Source: a virus. Taken from it: DNA of 64,000 nt. The notes under the pieces were generated by a model, which was not told the origin of the DNA, ran no database searches, and worked only from the letters and a program-made list of their open reading frames with translations. The stretch lies in the IMG/VR virus record IMGVR_UViG_3300025195_000002; one strand, given 5' to 3'. How positions within the stretch are numbered: position 1 is the first letter of the stretch; the number at the start of each line of letters is the position of its first letter. This document shows, piece after piece, positions 19,080-27,486 of this stretch. The translations under genes were made by a program, and so were the position numbers.

Positions 19080-19268
19080 GGTGATGCTCTCAATATTTTG
19101 TTATTTACAGACATTGAGACAATACGTAAGGTCTATAGACTGTCACCACACTATGGTATTCTATCACTCCAAGAACCTCACAAGGTGTCTGGTTGTGTTG
19201 GTATGCCTAAGCCTGTAGTGAGTACGATAGATAACTGGTTAAAGAAAGGACCTAAGGTTCCTGCTTAA
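19080..19268 (+). CDS. nvRNAP beta' N-terminal subunit, exon 2 (phiKZ gp56.1-like)
   Basis: Reads GDALNILLFTDIETIRKVYRLSPHYGILSLQEPHKVSGCVGMPKPVVSTIDNWLKKGPKVPA*. Splicing restores NADFDGD and gives 513 aa in total. Confidence 0.9.
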   Translation, partial: GDALNILLFTDIETIRKVYRLSPHYGILSLQEPHKVSGCVGMPKPVVSTIDNWLKKGPKVPA

Positions 19269-19374
19269 TCAGAGTAAATGGAATAGCATGTGGAAAGGGT
19301 CCGCATGCTTTATTAACCCCAAGTACAATAGGTGCTTTCATTGAAAGCCATGTGCTTATTTAGGAGTCATTATA

Positions 19375-19815
19375 ATGACAAAAGTAAAAAGAAAGTTTGC
19401 TTACCCGCAAGAACAACGTAAGCAACTGTCGTTAACCCGTATCTTGATTCGCACTGCAATGCAGCGCAAGACCATCTATTACAGTGATCTTGCAGAAAGG
19501 TTAGGATATAACGTGCCTAACATGGCCTTAGGTAAAGTCCTAGGTCCAGGTATGGGTAAGGTGAATGAGTGGTGTTGGGAAAGAGGCATGCCTTGGTTAA
19601 CCGCACTAGTCGTAAGAAGCTCTGGTAACCATAATGGTTTGCCGGGAGAAGGGTTCTTTGCTGAGATGATCGAATTGGGCGCATATCGACCTGAGATAGA
19701 TAATCACAAAGAACGTCGTGAATGGGCCGAACCTTATATAGAAGGGGTTTGGGAGTACTGGGGTCCAGCTGATACAGAAACCCTTTGTAAAGCACGTGTG
19801 CTGTCACCAAGATAA
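19375..19815 (+). CDS. Stand-alone wHTH protein, alkyltransferase-like/HNH-associated DNA-binding domain
   Basis: TIYYSDLAERLG..ALGKVLG..GMPWLTALVVRSSG..LPGEGFF; AGGAG RBS. Confidence 0.55.
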   Translation: MTKVKRKFAYPQEQRKQLSLTRILIRTAMQRKTIYYSDLAERLGYNVPNMALGKVLGPGMGKVNEWCWERGMPWLTALVVRSSGNHNGLPGEGFFAEMIELGAYRPEIDNHKERREWAEPYIEGVWEYWGPADTETLCKARVLSPR

Positions 19816-19825
19816 GGAAAAGGTT

Positions 19826-20257
19826 ATGGATTTTAATAAAGCGGTAACAGCAATTGAGTTTATTGCTGAACAGAAAGAATCTGGTGGAGATGGTCTATAT
19901 GTCGCCCACATCATGGCAAAGCGTGGTTATGTGTTTCCACCAGAATCCCCTTTGCTATATTTAGCAACTGAAGCTGGGTGGACGGTCGCCCATGAAATGG
20001 CAAAGGCTGGATTTGTCTTCCCAGAAGACCATCGGGCTTTAAAACTTACCAACGACCTTGGTCAAAGTGTGGCATCGCTGATGGCTGAAGAGGGTTATAT
20101 ATTTCCTTTAGACAGCGAATACCTTACTTTATCCAACGAGACAGGTTGGTCAGTAGCCCACATCATGGCAAACAAAGGCCATAAGTTCCCTAGTCATCCT
20201 ATTTTAGATCTAGAAGACGTTGGTGGGATTACTGTGAAAGATGTAATGCAGTGGTAA
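19826..20257 (+). CDS. Ankyrin-like repeat protein
   Basis: About 4.5 repeats of roughly 28 aa, GW[ST]VAHxMAxxGxxFP; ATG 19826 after AAGG. Confidence 0.65.
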   Translation: MDFNKAVTAIEFIAEQKESGGDGLYVAHIMAKRGYVFPPESPLLYLATEAGWTVAHEMAKAGFVFPEDHRALKLTNDLGQSVASLMAEEGYIFPLDSEYLTLSNETGWSVAHIMANKGHKFPSHPILDLEDVGGITVKDVMQW

Positions 20258-20281
20258 AGGACTAAAGTACCATGACAATAA

Positions 20282-20315
20282 GAAGGCTGTTATATAGCAG
20301 CCTTCAATTATGCCG
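20282..20315 (+). terminator. Hairpin + TATGCCG element
   Basis: GAAGGCTG/CAGCCTTC stem; TATGCCG at 20309-20315; T-run follows. Confidence 0.7.
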
Positions 20316-20350
20316 CACTTCTTTTTTTACGTAGATCCCAGATCAATATA

Positions 20351-20362
20351 GACATATATTAC
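20351..20362 (+). promoter_or_regulatory. Early promoter-like motif GACATATATTAC
   Basis: Contains exact TATATTAC followed by TAG. Confidence 0.6.
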
Positions 20363-20397
20363 TAGCGTGAATATAATCCTCTAGAGGAAAGATCAAC

Positions 20398-20793
20398 GTG
20401 AACTTATTAGCCCAACTCAGTAACCTCATTAACCCCAAAGATGAGGTCAAGTATTTATTCAACAACCTACCGGCCATTATTACAACAGATGTTGCTTCAT
20501 CAATTAAGCGTGCTATGAAAGGCTATGTGTTTGACCTAGTACTCTTAAGTGATATCCATGAGAGTATTAAATCCAGTACCAGTCGCATGATGAAGGGTGT
20601 TGTTGTTACTATGGTAACAGGAGATTGTTTAAGAAAAAGCCTAGAACATTTTTTATCTCAAAATGCATTGAGGAATCAATCTATCCTTATTGCTATAAAT
20701 GAGCACTTAGATCCTGTAGAACATAACAAGATCGTCAATCTCTGTAATGCCTATGGTGTTGTATTGATAATAAAACAACCTTTAGATAGTTAA
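20398..20793 (+). CDS. Hypothetical protein (131 aa)
   Basis: GTG start after GAGGA; alpha/beta pattern. Confidence 0.6.
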   Translation: MNLLAQLSNLINPKDEVKYLFNNLPAIITTDVASSIKRAMKGYVFDLVLLSDIHESIKSSTSRMMKGVVVTMVTGDCLRKSLEHFLSQNALRNQSILIAINEHLDPVEHNKIVNLCNAYGVVLIIKQPLDS

Positions 20794-20804
20794 GGAAGCC
20801 CTTT

Positions 20805-21221
20805 ATGTTAGATTTAGAACAACCTGCCATACTGACCATCACATTTACTTCTATCATTGACCGGTTAGAGTTTAATACACCTATGGGATGGATCACTAAA
20901 CCTGTATTTAACGTCAACATGCCTTATCCGTTAGACTTTATCACCGTCGCTGATAAGATTGTGGATATATTGGATAAAGTTGAAGTAGTGCCTCTTGCTA
21001 ACGATGCAGGGTACCAGCACATTGCTAACCTAGCCAATGAAAGCCTAGGTGAATTAATTGATACCTGGGATTCCGATGAGGTTAGAACAATCTTAATGGA
21101 TCAAAACGATTTAGAATTAAGTCAGTTAAAACTCTTCTTCGAATTAGATATTAACAATACGGGTGCATTGGTTGCCATTGAGTTAGCTAACCGGGAAGAT
21201 TTAGAACAACACACACGATAA
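20805..21221 (+). CDS. Hypothetical protein (138 aa, acidic)
   Basis: AAGGA RBS; co-transcribed with the previous ORF. Confidence 0.65.
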   Translation: MLDLEQPAILTITFTSIIDRLEFNTPMGWITKPVFNVNMPYPLDFITVADKIVDILDKVEVVPLANDAGYQHIANLANESLGELIDTWDSDEVRTILMDQNDLELSQLKLFFELDINNTGALVAIELANREDLEQHTR

Positions 21222-21225
21222 CTAC

Positions 21226-21264
21226 TTGGGGACTTCGGTCCCCAATGTATTATTTTCTTTTTTT
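21226..21264 (+). terminator. Intrinsic terminator (cUUCGg)
   Basis: TTGGGGA-CTTCGG-TCCCCAA followed by a T-rich run. Confidence 0.75.
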
Positions 21265-21280
21265 GTTTAAGGAAACTATT

Positions 21281-21685
21281 ATGGATAAGTTCAACATCGC
21301 CGCTATCTTCGAAGCCCTTTATTTCACCCCAGAACATGAAGACTCTGATGATATCACTTATCATTTAGATCTTATCATGCTTGCTCAAAAAGCACAGAAG
21401 CACGCCTATGACACACTGACAGCACTCTATAAACGTGGACCATTAGAGGATGGGTATGTGCCTAGTAAGTCGGAAAGAGATTGGCTACTTGAAAAAGGTC
21501 TGGCTGCTAAGATTATTATAAAGGGTGAAGATGGTAACCAGGCCCTTACTTATCTTGGTAGGGATGTCCTTAAAGTTATCGATGCCTCTTCTAATCTTCA
21601 AGAGCTCACACTGGAAGAATTAGTTAATCGCATTAACCGTCGTCTGGGTACTCAATCTTATGCATATCCCTCTAATTCTCAGTAA
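21281..21685 (+). CDS. Hypothetical phage protein, possible wHTH
   Basis: True start ATG 21281 after AAGGA; GPLEDGYVPSKSERDWLLEKGLA segment recalled from a widespread phage family. Confidence 0.6.
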   Translation: MDKFNIAAIFEALYFTPEHEDSDDITYHLDLIMLAQKAQKHAYDTLTALYKRGPLEDGYVPSKSERDWLLEKGLAAKIIIKGEDGNQALTYLGRDVLKVIDASSNLQELTLEELVNRINRRLGTQSYAYPSNSQ

Positions 21686-21698
21686 AGGAAAATAAAAA

Positions 21699-22514
21699 AT
21701 GACCATCCCCGGTACGCTTTCTTTAAAAACACTTAACATGATGATCTCGGTAGAAGCGAATGCCGAGGGACCTAATGTATTGAGTCGCATTCCACGATTC
21801 CTAGAACAACTCCTGTCTAAGGTAACAAGAGACATTACTGCTACTAAGGGTGAAACACCAAGCGAGCAGTTGAATCAAAAGGCTTTTACAAAGCTGCTTG
21901 AAAATAGTAACTATGCTGCGTTGGCACAAATAGATATCTTTAGACCAACCGGCATGAAGGGTAACTATTTTAGTTACATTGCTATGTTGGCCGATTTCCA
22001 AGAAGAGTTGGGTGATATTGAAAAGCGTCTTCTGACACCACTTAAACGAACAGTAGCGCAAATGCTAGCTGAACCAACTCGCTTGAAGCAAGCGTTTCCA
22101 ACTAACTATAAGTTAGCGGATATCAAGAAATTACAAGTTAGATTTGCTGGTGTGGTAGACACTAACGATGGTGGGGATAAGATCCTATATGGAAGAGCAG
22201 TAGCGCGTAATAAAGACTGGGAATCAATTATCTCAACTATTAACCTGGTAGACGAGCAGTATTTACGTGAGCCAAATAGCGAGCTATTAAAGTCGGTAGG
22301 TGAGTTAACAGAACATGTTGGTATGTTAATTGAACGTATTAAAGATCAACCTGATGTTTACGAAGCCAAAGGTAGAACAGTTGGAGATTTGGTCGATGCT
22401 CTATACCTTACGGCAAGAGAGATCGAGTTGTATGCTGCACATGGCTTTAACCTAGCAACAGGTAAAAAGGCGATAGTAGATAGCTACAATAAAATGAAAG
22501 ACGCTATTGCGTAA
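21699..22514 (+). CDS. Conserved Chimalliviridae protein (phiKZ gp59-like by synteny)
   Basis: 271 aa; AAGGA RBS; first gene of the conserved block leading to gp68/gp69. Confidence 0.6.
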   Translation: MTIPGTLSLKTLNMMISVEANAEGPNVLSRIPRFLEQLLSKVTRDITATKGETPSEQLNQKAFTKLLENSNYAALAQIDIFRPTGMKGNYFSYIAMLADFQEELGDIEKRLLTPLKRTVAQMLAEPTRLKQAFPTNYKLADIKKLQVRFAGVVDTNDGGDKILYGRAVARNKDWESIISTINLVDEQYLREPNSELLKSVGELTEHVGMLIERIKDQPDVYEAKGRTVGDLVDALYLTAREIELYAAHGFNLATGKKAIVDSYNKMKDAIA

Positions 22515-22520
22515 TGTATG

Positions 22521-22556
22521 GTAGGAGAAAGCCGTTGCTTTCTCCTACTTATGCCG
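22521..22556 (+). terminator. Hairpin + TATGCCG element
   Basis: 12-bp stem GTAGGAGAAAGC/GCTTTCTCCTAC; TATGCCG at 22550-22556; no T-run. Confidence 0.7.
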
Positions 22557-22582
22557 CATGTAATATTATACATGCTTATTAC

Positions 22583-22593
22583 TATAGTATGAC
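22583..22593 (+). promoter_or_regulatory. Candidate late promoter TATAGTATGAC
   Basis: Identical to the minus-strand motif at 13508-13518. Confidence 0.4.
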
Positions 22594-22615
22594 CTATCCC
22601 ATTAACCTATCAACC

Positions 22616-22643
22616 CATAGATGCTTAAACAGCGTCTATGCCG
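22616..22643 (+). terminator. Second hairpin + TATGCCG element
   Basis: CATAGATGCT-TAAAC-AGCGTCTATG followed by CCG. Confidence 0.55.
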
Positions 22644-22683
22644 GAATCGATACTGGGGGTAGAAAGCTAATCTACTTATTTTC

Positions 22684-22697
22684 AACCATACATTATT
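22684..22697 (+). promoter_or_regulatory. Weak early promoter-like motif AACCATACATTATT
   Basis: TACATTAT core upstream of the 22755 ORF. Confidence 0.35.
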
Positions 22698-22754
22698 AAT
22701 TGGATATTAGTAACATGCCATCGTCTTAAACGAGAACATTAATGAGGTCTTATC

Positions 22755-23213
22755 ATGAATACAGTATTTAAACCGATTGTTCACGAACACAATCAAGTTA
22801 GTGCCCTTCTTTCAACTATTCCTAGAATGGTAAAAGAAGAAGCTATCAGCATAGAAGCATTGAATCCAAAAACACTGGGAGCCGGCTCCCAAGATGTTGT
22901 TTTGGTCTGCGATGCGACAGGTTACACTGATGCATTGGTCCAAGCCTTTAAAGGCTTTAAAGGACTATTCACTGGGTATGAACCTCTTACTGCTTTTGAG
23001 GCGGTATCTGAAATTAACCGCACTATTAAACCCGGTGCGATAACGTTCAAACTCTTACCAATTAACCCTGATATTGATCAGCAGGAATTTATTGAAGCAT
23101 TACATGCGGTTGCGGTAAACAGCCCTAATAAACGTTTACAGCTTGTAACTTTAAGCTATTTAACTGAACTATCAGAAAACGACAAAGCATTCTTATTTAA
23201 CCTGAATGCATAA
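22755..23213 (+). CDS. Hypothetical protein (152 aa)
   Basis: GAGGT RBS. Confidence 0.7.
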   Translation: MNTVFKPIVHEHNQVSALLSTIPRMVKEEAISIEALNPKTLGAGSQDVVLVCDATGYTDALVQAFKGFKGLFTGYEPLTAFEAVSEINRTIKPGAITFKLLPINPDIDQQEFIEALHAVAVNSPNKRLQLVTLSYLTELSENDKAFLFNLNA

Positions 23214-23254
23214 CCTGTAGGGTAGGCATAACCAGCCTACCCTACATTATGCCG
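23208..23254 (+). terminator. GCATA-hairpin-TATGCCG element
   Basis: GTAGGGTAGGC/GCCTACCCTAC stem; TATGCCG at 23248-23254. Confidence 0.7.
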
Positions 23255-23333
23255 GTAATGTGAATTTTGCATTTTACATGGCAGGTTAAGAATATGAATC
23301 CCTAACTTAAAAAACAATTCAAGGAGCTAGTCT

Positions 23334-23945
23334 ATGCCTGTGATTATAGAAGGTGGTCCAGAAACATTTAGGGCCATGGCCTATAGCGCACCAAGTCCAT
23401 CTTTAACTGGATTCTTATCTCAGCAACTAGATCAGTTCTCATCTCAAGTTATTCAAGGAGCACACCACTACGTTGATATTGCCCGACAAACATTCGATTC
23501 CTTTAATAGCTCTGAAGCCATGCGTCTCGCTAAGGCGGTGAGACGTAAAGTAGATAGCCTATGGACTAAAGAAGGTATCTATCCAATGTTAGAAATAGGC
23601 CAGCTGCAACATGCTAACCTTACTATGCAACGTTGGATTATGGCTGAACCAACAATTCGTAAACTATACCACCAACAACGATGTGAGGGTTACGCAGATA
23701 CGTACGTTGATATGCATCCCACTGATTCAGGTGAGTCACATTACGACTGGCGTCGTGTTATGGACGGCATGGTTGTCGAGCAAGAAGACGAGCTGGTAAG
23801 CGTGCAATACTTTGATGAAATTCAAGAAGGCGATGAGTTAGATATTGATGATCAGGTGGCTATTTTGCGTACATGGGATAGCGTTAAGAATGCAATCCAT
23901 GAAAACAAAGAAGATCCTACAAGTCCATTTAATGCTAGCTTGTAA
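23334..23945 (+). CDS. Conserved Chimalliviridae protein (phiKZ gp62-like)
   Basis: 203 aa; AAGGAG RBS; QRWIMAEP..YADTYVD..HYDWRRVMDG..EDPTS; synteny. Confidence 0.7.
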   Translation: MPVIIEGGPETFRAMAYSAPSPSLTGFLSQQLDQFSSQVIQGAHHYVDIARQTFDSFNSSEAMRLAKAVRRKVDSLWTKEGIYPMLEIGQLQHANLTMQRWIMAEPTIRKLYHQQRCEGYADTYVDMHPTDSGESHYDWRRVMDGMVVEQEDELVSVQYFDEIQEGDELDIDDQVAILRTWDSVKNAIHENKEDPTSPFNASL

Positions 23946-23954
23946 TAAACAATT

Positions 23955-23981
23955 AAGATGGACCTAGGTCCATCTTTTTTT
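23955..23981 (+). terminator. Intrinsic terminator
   Basis: AAGATGGACC-TA-GGTCCATCTT followed by a T-run. Confidence 0.7.
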
Positions 23982-23999
23982 CTCTTAGGACAATTCAAA

Positions 24000-24401
24000 A
24001 TGGTTCAAAAGGTAGTACCTACACTTACCGTCGATGGGTTTGTAAAGACCATCCCGCAGACCTGTGATTATCTGTTATCGCATTTCTTTCTAAGTCAGTA
24101 TTCTCAATCTAATTTGTATTATGGGAATATATCGTCACTGGCGTACATTATACAGGAATATGGTCACGACGAGCAGAATATGTTACTCAATATTCAAAGT
24201 AACCTCACCACACTATTTGGTCGTTTCTTTGACTCTGTCGAGGCGACGGCAAATATAAAGAGAGATAAAGATAATGCTGCGCAGTATGGTATTGTAACAG
24301 AGTTAAACGTTAGACGTGGCAATACCACTTACAATGTGGGACGCCAGGTTAATTTAATCAATTCAGTAGTTCAAAACATCGTGGAGCTTAATAATGGATG
24401 A
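24000..24401 (+). CDS. Conserved Chimalliviridae protein (gp63-like)
   Basis: True start ATG 24000 after AGGA (MVQKVVPTLTVDGFV); synteny. Confidence 0.65.
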   Translation: MVQKVVPTLTVDGFVKTIPQTCDYLLSHFFLSQYSQSNLYYGNISSLAYIIQEYGHDEQNMLLNIQSNLTTLFGRFFDSVEATANIKRDKDNAAQYGIVTELNVRRGNTTYNVGRQVNLINSVVQNIVELNNG

Positions 24402-24960
24402 TGCAAAGGCTAAACAAAAGGTTATTAACGACAACATTCTTTTAGATGCTAACACCCGAGAAGCCATGCGGGTGTTAAACGAAGGGGCAGAAGAACGCCC
24501 TACTATTGACCTTGATTCATTCGTTAGAACGTTCCTGCCAGCCATAGGGCAAGTTCACGACAAACCCTTAGACATGAATCCATGGCTATCAATTGCTAAA
24601 GGGCCGTATAATCCTGTTGATGTAATCAGCAATGGTCAGGTTGTTTTTACCGTACCACCTCTATTAAATAGACGAGATACGCGCTTAAATGAAAACAGCC
24701 GCCAGTCTATGACAACGATTGCTAGTATTGCCCAACAAAAATCTGATGCCCACCCCATGATGGGTCAGAACTACCTGCGAAAGGGTTTAGAGTCATTTGT
24801 AGGTCGTCGTAAAGTTAATCCAACGGCATTAACTGAATGGAATAGAGTATTGATTAAATACGGCTATGAGCCTATCTCACTTGAGAGTGTTCCGGATACG
24901 AAGAGTAAACCAACCCCCTCAACGACTGACCTTTATAGCGATGAAGTAGATGAGCTTTAA
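24394..24960 (+). CDS. Conserved Chimalliviridae protein (gp64-like)
   Basis: 188 aa; WLSIAKGPYNPVDVI..FTVPPL; synteny. Confidence 0.65.
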   Translation: MDDAKAKQKVINDNILLDANTREAMRVLNEGAEERPTIDLDSFVRTFLPAIGQVHDKPLDMNPWLSIAKGPYNPVDVISNGQVVFTVPPLLNRRDTRLNENSRQSMTTIASIAQQKSDAHPMMGQNYLRKGLESFVGRRKVNPTALTEWNRVLIKYGYEPISLESVPDTKSKPTPSTTDLYSDEVDEL

Positions 24961-24972
24961 GGAAAATAAACC

Positions 24973-26103
24973 ATGCGCGCTAAAGCACCCCATATGGAGA
25001 TCGCCTGCCTATCCGATATCCATTTAGGTCACAACCTAGTTAAAACGTCTGACATCATAGAGCGTTTATATAAAGCAATACCTGATAATCTTGAAACTGA
25101 AAAACTAGACGTTATCTTTTTAGCAGGGGATGTTTTCGATAAACTATTGTTTCTTCCTGATGCACCAGTAGTTGAAATACAAATATGGATTGCTGACCTA
25201 TTTGCTTTGTGTGAAAAACACAAAATCGTTCTTAGGGTATTGGAAGGGACACCTAGCCATGATCGTGGACAGGGTAAACAATTCGAGATGATCTATAAAG
25301 CGATTAAATCTAATGTTGATTTTCGATACGTTGACACACTTTCTATCGAATATATTGAATCGCTTGACATCTATACCCTCTATGTGCCCGATGAGTGGGA
25401 TCATGATCCTGATATTACATGGGAATCGGTACAAGGGTTGTTAAAAGATCAGGGTTTAACACAAGTAGATTTTGCTGTCATGCATGGTAATTTTGAATAT
25501 CATTTACCCGCACACCTTAAACTACCTAGTCACCAGTCTAGTCGCTATTTGGAGATTGTTAAACATTATATCTTCATTGGTCACTTCCATACCCACAGTG
25601 TATATAACAGAGTCATTACCCAAGGTTCGTTTGATCGATTAGGTCATGGTGAAGAAGAAGCTAAGGGTCATGTCCGTGTAAGAGTCAGCGAGGATGGTAC
25701 GTTAGATAGAGTAGAATTTAGAATTAACCACGATGCTACCCGGTTCATTACTATTGATGCAACCGGCATGGATGCAGCAGAAACGATTAATCTACTTAGA
25801 TCTAAAGAAGATTTACCTAAAGGCAGCCATGTGAGAATTAAGTGTACTAATGATAGTGATGTTAAACATGCTATCACAACGCTTAGAGAACGCTTTCCTC
25901 ACTACACCATTAAATTAAAAGTGGTGGTCGACCAACAGGTAGAATCAGGTAATGTTACTGGTCTAGTAGAAAAGTACGAAGCGGTAGAGATTACCCCATC
26001 GAACATTAATAAATTAGTAGAAGAAAAATTCATTGCAAGTGGTCTTGATGCAACACGGATAGAGCAGGCGATGAAATTATTAGAAAGAGTACAGGCCCAA
26101 TGA
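24973..26103 (+). CDS. sbcD: SbcD/Mre11-like metallophosphoesterase nuclease
   Basis: LSDIHLG, LAGDVFD, LEGTPSHD, MHG and IGHFHT motifs. Confidence 0.88.
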   Translation: MRAKAPHMEIACLSDIHLGHNLVKTSDIIERLYKAIPDNLETEKLDVIFLAGDVFDKLLFLPDAPVVEIQIWIADLFALCEKHKIVLRVLEGTPSHDRGQGKQFEMIYKAIKSNVDFRYVDTLSIEYIESLDIYTLYVPDEWDHDPDITWESVQGLLKDQGLTQVDFAVMHGNFEYHLPAHLKLPSHQSSRYLEIVKHYIFIGHFHTHSVYNRVITQGSFDRLGHGEEEAKGHVRVRVSEDGTLDRVEFRINHDATRFITIDATGMDAAETINLLRSKEDLPKGSHVRIKCTNDSDVKHAITTLRERFPHYTIKLKVVVDQQVESGNVTGLVEKYEAVEITPSNINKLVEEKFIASGLDATRIEQAMKLLERVQAQ

Positions 26104-26648
26104 AAACCCTAACAATACAAACACGATTTAAACTAGCTCTACACTACACGTTGTTGAGCTGTGCTAACTTTAGAATAAAAGAGATTGATGATGTTCTGAT
26201 TCTTTTATCGGAATGGGATCTTGATCCTACGCAAACCAGTACCGGCGGGGTAAATGCCATCGCTGATGTAATAAGTACTGTTTTCCCGGATACAGCGGCT
26301 CTCACAGCGTTCATTGAGTTCGTAGATCGTGGATATATATCCCGAGATAATCAACAAAACCAGAGTAAGATCATGCAATATCTTGCAGAGATCTATTCAG
26401 AGTCGCTGGCCGGACGTGGCGAGATTGAGGAATTTATTAAGAGTATAGAGAGGCGTAGTGAAGGCCCTAAAGGACAATACTGTTGGGGAACGGACACTAT
26501 ACTCTTTGATAGACCTGTCGATAAAACTGGAATTAATTGGCTACTATTAAGTCCAGGAACGCGTTTGCGTCAAGGTCTTCTCAGTAAAGATGCGATGTAT
26601 AAACGCATTGATGCTATATTAGGAGCGTCTGATGGACATGAGTCGTGA
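26100..26648 (+). CDS. Hypothetical protein (182 aa)
   Basis: ATGA overlap with the nuclease; overlaps the next gene. Confidence 0.65.
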   Translation: MKTLTIQTRFKLALHYTLLSCANFRIKEIDDVLILLSEWDLDPTQTSTGGVNAIADVISTVFPDTAALTAFIEFVDRGYISRDNQQNQSKIMQYLAEIYSESLAGRGEIEEFIKSIERRSEGPKGQYCWGTDTILFDRPVDKTGINWLLLSPGTRLRQGLLSKDAMYKRIDAILGASDGHES

Positions 26649-27432
26649 GTTAGGCGAGTACGGTATTAACATTGGTACGTCAGTGGCCCTAGAAGAAGGT
26701 TTCAGCCAACTTGATAAATACCCTGATACTTTGTGGGTAAATATAAGAACGTTGCTAAGAAACGTTTATGGGGCGATTAATGACGTGGTAGGGATTAGTG
26801 ATATTCCTATCATTCAAGCAATGGAAGAAGACATGGATGGTCTGGCAAGTGCGATCAGTGCCATTAGCCAAGAAAAAACGTCAGTGGTTTATTACCACAC
26901 CACCCATGATAGCTTAGACAAGTGCTTTCCCAAAGCCCATATAAAGAAAGTTAAAACACCTGGTCAACTTCAATACAGAGTTATTGAAAGAGCAGTTTGT
27001 AAACAACTACTTGATTTAAATAATGATATCAGAGTAATGGATGTTGCAGTAAAAGGTGATGATTCAGATGCATTGATGTTAAGTCACTACCCTGTTGATC
27101 TTCTATCCTACAAACGCTTTAATGGCCTTAGGTTAATTGAAAGTCATACGGGCACTATTAAAGGTAGGGATAAATGGAACAGTAAACTAACAGGTGGTAA
27201 GCAACTATCCCACATGCCGTTTAATAGTCTATCGTTGCAAGTTTTTGGTGATGGTGCAACCAATTTCAACACCATGGCCCATCGTATTAAAACGATGTTA
27301 AATGAACTGGCTCAAGATAAACGCTGGCATGCACTAACCACCCATGAGAAGATCGTTTACGATATCAATACCTTAAATGATAAAGTAGCGGTTGGATTCT
27401 ATCGTCAACTTCTAGCCTCTAGTGTTAGATAA
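26632..27432 (+). CDS. Conserved protein, possible divergent 5'-3' exonuclease/PIN-like fold (phiKZ gp66-like)
   Basis: LWVNIRTLLRN, LMLSHYPVDLL, LIESHTG and LQVFGD motifs; fold is inferred. Confidence 0.6.
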   Translation: MDMSRELGEYGINIGTSVALEEGFSQLDKYPDTLWVNIRTLLRNVYGAINDVVGISDIPIIQAMEEDMDGLASAISAISQEKTSVVYYHTTHDSLDKCFPKAHIKKVKTPGQLQYRVIERAVCKQLLDLNNDIRVMDVAVKGDDSDALMLSHYPVDLLSYKRFNGLRLIESHTGTIKGRDKWNSKLTGGKQLSHMPFNSLSLQVFGDGATNFNTMAHRIKTMLNELAQDKRWHALTTHEKIVYDINTLNDKVAVGFYRQLLASSVR

Positions 27433-27486
27433 TACATAGGACTTCAATTACATGAAGACCAAATTAGCCCATAAAGGAACCCTCTA

